Positions 61,916 to 64,000 of a stretch of DNA of 64,000 nucleotides are shown in pieces. Made by a program: the position numbers and the translations under genes. The notes beneath the pieces were generated by a model, which saw only the letters and a program-made list of their open reading frames with translations, was not told the origin of the DNA and made no database searches. Source of the DNA: Blepharisma stoltei ATCC 30299. Taxonomy: Eukaryota > Protista > Ciliophora. Numbering within the stretch: position 1 is the stretch's first letter; each line of letters starts with the position of its first letter. The stretch spans positions 248,001 to 312,000 of the forward strand of contig CBFDEM010000032.1 of the NCBI GenBank assembly GCA_965603825.1. The letters are read 5' to 3'.

Positions 61916-63046
61916 TTAACATATATACATAAAATCATGATGGAGTGAATTTTCGTTGATATCCAAGCAAGAATCAAAAAAGGAGTCATTTTTACTCTCA
62001 TTCTCTTCAATGATGATTCTCAGCTCTTTGTCAAATTTTCCTGCGGCTTTTCTTATTTTTTCGATTGTTTCTTCATCAAAATTGCTTCCTGCTAAGTTTA
62101 AGACCTGAATAAAATTTACTTCTAAATATCTTTTGGATAAAATAAAGTTGACAAGAATTTCTCCTATCTGTGTATCATCCAAATCATTATATTCCAAATG
62201 AAGTTCAAGCAAATTTTCAGACGGGTGCAATGAATCTAGCAAGCAACCTACACCTTTGTTTCCCAAGCAGCAGTCAGCAACATCAATGATACTCAGAAAC
62301 CGCAAATTTTTTAACGCTCCATGCAACTTGGAAAAGGCAGCAGGGTCGCTGATGAAATTGTCTGCAATTCTTAAAATCTGCAGCTCATCGTTTTTTACCA
62401 ATGCTTTACTTAGCGCAATAATCCCTTGCTTTTTTATATCGTTTTTGCTCACACATATTTCCCTTAAGCTCTGCATTTCCCCGAAGACCTCACTCAAGCT
62501 GACAATTCCAGCGTCCTCAAGTTTTGTGTTTTCTGCAGAAAAAACGAAAAGTTTCAGCTCTGCAGAGTTCTTCAAAGACTCCGCCAACTTCACTCCTCCT
62601 TCAGCACCTAGTCGGTTGTTATCGATCCTCAAAATTTTTAACGTTGGGGTATTTTCCAACAAAAAGCCGACAATATCTACAGCCTGTACAGTTAAAAAGT
62701 TGTTGGAAAGGTCCAACTCTTCGAGTTCGCGAAACCCCAGAAGCGTTCTGCTCAAAGTGTCCAGTATTTTTGGGGTGTAAAAGTCATCCCATTCTCTGAA
62801 AATTGAGCTCAAGTTTGCAATTGTGATGTTCGAGCACTCTTGGATGGCTTCTGCAAGCTCTTCCATAACGTCATCAGAATAAGTATTGTGTCCCAGAATA
62901 ATTTCTGTGATGCTTTGGCTGTTCATTTTCACAGTTTGGCATAAATCATAAATATCTTCAGTAGTCTTATAATCTTTTCCAACAGGAGGGATCTCAAATA
63001 CTGTGATTTCTTCAAACTCCTCCTCTTTAGAAAAAAGTAAATTCAT
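61916..63046 (-). CDS. RanGAP-like ribonuclease-inhibitor-type LRR protein
   Basis: 28-aa LRRs (LDLSNN, LRIDNNRLG..GG, LRIADN, DVADCCLG, LEYNDL); probable intron 62105-62119. Confidence 0.82.
   Translation of the reverse strand: MNLLFSKEEEFEEITVFEIPPVGKDYKTTEDIYDLCQTVKMNSQSITEIILGHNTYSDDVMEELAEAIQECSNITIANLSSIFREWDDFYTPKILDTLSRTLLGFRELEELDLSNNFLTVQAVDIVGFLLENTPTLKILRIDNNRLGAEGGVKLAESLKNSAELKLFVFSAENTKLEDAGIVSLSEVFGEMQSLREICVSKNDIKKQGIIALSKALVKNDELQILRIADNFISDPAAFSKLHGALKNLRFLSIIDVADCCLGNKGVGCLLDSLHPSENLLELHLEYNDLDDTQIGEILVNFILSKRYLEVNFIQVLNLAGSNFDEETIEKIRKAAGKFDKELRIIIEENESKNDSFFDSCLDINENSLHHDFMYIC
62105..62119 (-). other. probable stop-free in-frame 15-nt intron
   Basis: gtaaattttAttcag; removal gives the LRR consensus YLEVLNLAGS. 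Confidence 0.75.
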
Positions 63047-63253
63047 TTATAAACCCATCTAGCTAATATAGTAATAGAGAAAATTTAATAAAAATTAATA
63101 ATAACCAAAATTTCCAAAAATTATTTTTTTACCTTTGTTCGTTGTTGATGATTCTCTTTTGGAGCATACTGGCGTATTTTATATCAGTAGGCCATATTTA
63201 TGTGAAGCAAGTCCGATTTCTTTAATTTATTTTAAAAATTGATTATAAAAGAA

Positions 63254-64000
63254 ATGGGTAGTAATGTTTCGGCAAACACAAAAATCTTATTAGACTCAAT
63301 TGACGCAGGACAAGAAGTTGATACTCAAACGCTGCTCAGGTTCGGTGCTCAGATAAATGCCTTAAACTCTGAAGGCTACTCTCCTTTGCGATTAGCACTT
63401 GAACGTGGAAGAGTTAAGAGCTTTAAATCGCTTTTTAAGGCTAGCGCTCTGATTATTCCAGAACTTCCCCAAAAAATGACCCCACTCCACAGAGCAATTG
63501 AGCTCGACCACTATAAGCTTGCCTGAATGCTCCTTCGTGAGCATTCTTTATTCGGTAACTTCAAAAACCAACAAGATGCGTATGGAAACACGCCCCTTCA
63601 TATTGCAGTCCTTAAAGGAAACTCAGATATGGTAGCTTTGCTGCTGAAATACAACGCTAATCGAGATATCTTGAATTTAGCTGGGAAAACTCCTCATGAA
63701 CTAGCTCTTGAGAGTAGAAGCCACATGGCTGATGAAATAATAGAACAATTTACCCTGGAAGACTGCATTTCGAAAAGAAGCAGAACTCCACTTCAGGAAG
63801 AAAATGCTCCAAATAGAGAGCAAAGATCAACTCAAGGCTCAAAATCAACACTCAAGGTAGAAGAGAGCATTGATGAGCCCATTACATTATTAGAGCAAGC
63901 ACTGGCAGGAAGCAGGCTAACTATAATTAAAGGTGAAGAATTAGAGTTTCAAGACGTCCTGAATAGAGGCTCAAGCTGCATTGTATTCAAAGGAAAGTGG
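63254..64000 (+). CDS. ankyrin-repeat kinase (TKL-like), 3' end outside window
   Basis: MGSNVS myristoylation motif; TPLH ankyrins through TGA 63524; ends in subdomain I LNRGSSCIVFKGKW. Confidence 0.85.

Noticed and set aside
62256-62780. 174-aa plus-strand ORF
   Set aside because: Antisense shadow of the LRR gene
666-63526. In-frame TGA as pseudogenisation or selenocysteine
   Set aside because: TGA occurs in many genes at conserved Trp positions and swaps with TGG between paralogs
1-64000. Telomeric repeats, tRNA/rRNA genes, transposases
   Set aside because: None recognised by eye; tRNAscan-SE, Rfam and repeat searches are needed to exclude them

Overview
Gene-dense eukaryotic DNA, almost certainly the macronuclear genome of a heterotrich ciliate (Blepharisma-like). 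The supplied ORF track is fragmented for two reasons: TGA is read as Trp (only TAA/TAG stop), and genes carry tiny 15-16 nt GT-AG introns. After correcting both by hand I support about 40 protein genes, including Rab, Ras-like, RPL37A, AP-4 epsilon, SmD2, DNAJC21, CDPK and other kinases, ARH, USP, NAXE, paraoxonase, TBC, truncated haemoglobin, RING E3, an amino-acid transporter, ArfGAP-PH and a RanGAP-like protein, plus 12 tiny introns. Highlights: (1) a box C/D snoRNA (snR39B/SNORD2-type guide for LSU rRNA) inside an apparent 80-nt intron, although every other intron found is 15-16 nt; (2) a 967-aa secreted Gly/Ser/Gln/Asn repeat protein punctuated by SFLE/SFLQ-type motifs resembling apicomplexan secretory pro-protein cleavage sites; (3) a Mut-7/Nibbler-like exonuclease fused to an RRM and two zinc knuckles; (4) a half, catalytically degenerate DDX56/Dbp9; (5) a frameshifted pentapeptide-WD40 gene. 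Family assignments come from motif recognition only; no database searches were run.
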